From the IMG/VR virus record IMGVR_UViG_3300021963_006528: 57,167 nucleotides of DNA; one strand, given 5' to 3'. The position numbers and the translations under genes were made by a program. A model generated the notes under the pieces. It worked only from the letters and a program-made list of their open reading frames with translations. It did not search any database and was not told the origin of the DNA. This DNA is from an uncultured virus (IMG/VR IMGVR_UViG_3300021963_006528). Taxonomy: Duplodnaviria; Heunggongvirae; Uroviricota; Caudoviricetes. Positions 56,364 through 57,167 of the stretch are shown in pieces (position 1 is the first letter of the stretch; every line of letters begins with the position of its first letter).

Positions 56364-57167
56364 ATGAAATTTATAGAGTTTTTAAAAGAATCAAAAGAAG
56401 GTAAAAATGTTCACCTAGAACACATTGAAGATGAAGTTCTCAATGGTGGTGTTGCAGGTGCTCGTAGTGCAATTAATTTTTTACAGTCTTTGCGTAACAT
56501 GTTGGCAGGTCATGCTGAATCTAAAGTTAACATTACTACAAAATGGGATGGTGCTCCCGCTATTTTCTGTGGAGTAAATCCAGAAAATGGTAAATTTTTT
56601 GTTGGTACAAAATCTATCTTCAATAAAAATGCAAAGTTAAACTATACAAATAAAGACATTGATGAAAATCATCCTGCTGAAGGTTTAAATAATAAACTAA
56701 AGTATGCACTAGAACATTTATCAAAATTAGGCATTAGAGGTGTATTGCAAGGTGATATGATGTTTACTAGAGGTGATCTTAAAAAAGAAACCATTGATGG
56801 TGAATCATACATTACATTCCAACCAAATACAATTGTCTATGCAGTACCAACTTCATCTAAGTTGGCACAATCAATGATGGCTGCTCAGATTGGTGTGGTA
56901 TTTCATACAACATATTCTGGTAAAACCATGGAAGATATGAAAGCAACATTTAATGTTAATCTTGGCGGACTTAAAACTACAAAAAATGTATGGTATCGTG
57001 ATGCTTCATTTACAGACGCTTCAGGTTCAGCAACATTTACAGAAGCTGAAACAAAACAAATCTCAAGAATATTATCACAAGCAGGCACATTATTTCAAAG
57101 TATACCTGCATTAACACTTAATCGAATCTCAGCAAGTGATGTATTATTAACCTACATTAAAACATTC
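56364..57167 (+). CDS. DUF6267-like protein with a ligase-type KxDG motif (partial, runs off the window)
   Basis: ATG 56364; KNVHLEHIED, TTKWDGAPAIFCG, FFVGTKS, LQGDMMF, FQPNTIVYAVP. Confidence 0.6.
   Translation, partial: MKFIEFLKESKEGKNVHLEHIEDEVLNGGVAGARSAINFLQSLRNMLAGHAESKVNITTKWDGAPAIFCGVNPENGKFFVGTKSIFNKNAKLNYTNKDIDENHPAEGLNNKLKYALEHLSKLGIRGVLQGDMMFTRGDLKKETIDGESYITFQPNTIVYAVPTSSKLAQSMMAAQIGVVFHTTYSGKTMEDMKATFNVNLGGLKTTKNVWYRDASFTDASGSATFTEAETKQISRILSQAGTLFQSIPALTLNRISASDVLLTYIKTF

Noticed and set aside
468..57088. Minus-strand and nested alternative-frame ORFs in the ORF track
   Set aside because: All overlap well-supported plus-strand genes and lack recognisable motifs; treated as shadow ORFs
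1..57167. Stop-codon reassignment
   Set aside because: Core genes are full length under the standard bacterial code

Overview
AT-rich, single-strand-coded (+) segment of a T4-like myovirus genome (T4 superfamily, resembling uncultured aquatic phages; host not determinable from this window). 1-14.2 kb: variable fibre/adhesin region (Gly-rich protein, ANAAF-repeat fibre, two paralogous IPT/Ig + RCC1-repeat proteins) with an embedded sulfation/glycosylation cassette (sulfotransferase-TPR-glycosyltransferase fusion, GT25, methyltransferase, GT-A, UDP-galactopyranose mutase, APS-kinase/nucleotidyltransferase fusion). 14.3-29.5 kb: core virion module gp13-14-15-16-(Dps)-17-18-19-20-67-68-21-22-23-3. 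29.5-57.2 kb: replication/recombination/transcription module uvsY-uvsW-55-47-46, peptide deformylase, CobT/CobS-like pair, gp45-44-62-regA, dCMP deaminase, gp43, uvsX, gp41 and accessory genes. Best candidate for an undescribed system: a 67-nt degenerate tRNA-Gly-like RNA (GCG acceptor end, U73-CCA, ACC anticodon, no canonical D/T loops) with its own sigma70 promoter, directly downstream of one of two DUF4338/DruA-like genes. By inference it could be a dedicated non-ribosomal glycyl donor, e.g. for DNA modification. Also notable: a repeated TGTTG-N8-CAACA operator at a fixed spacing before two promoters, and an H-type pseudoknot leader on a winged-HTH gene. All family assignments are from motif recognition and gene order, not from database searches.
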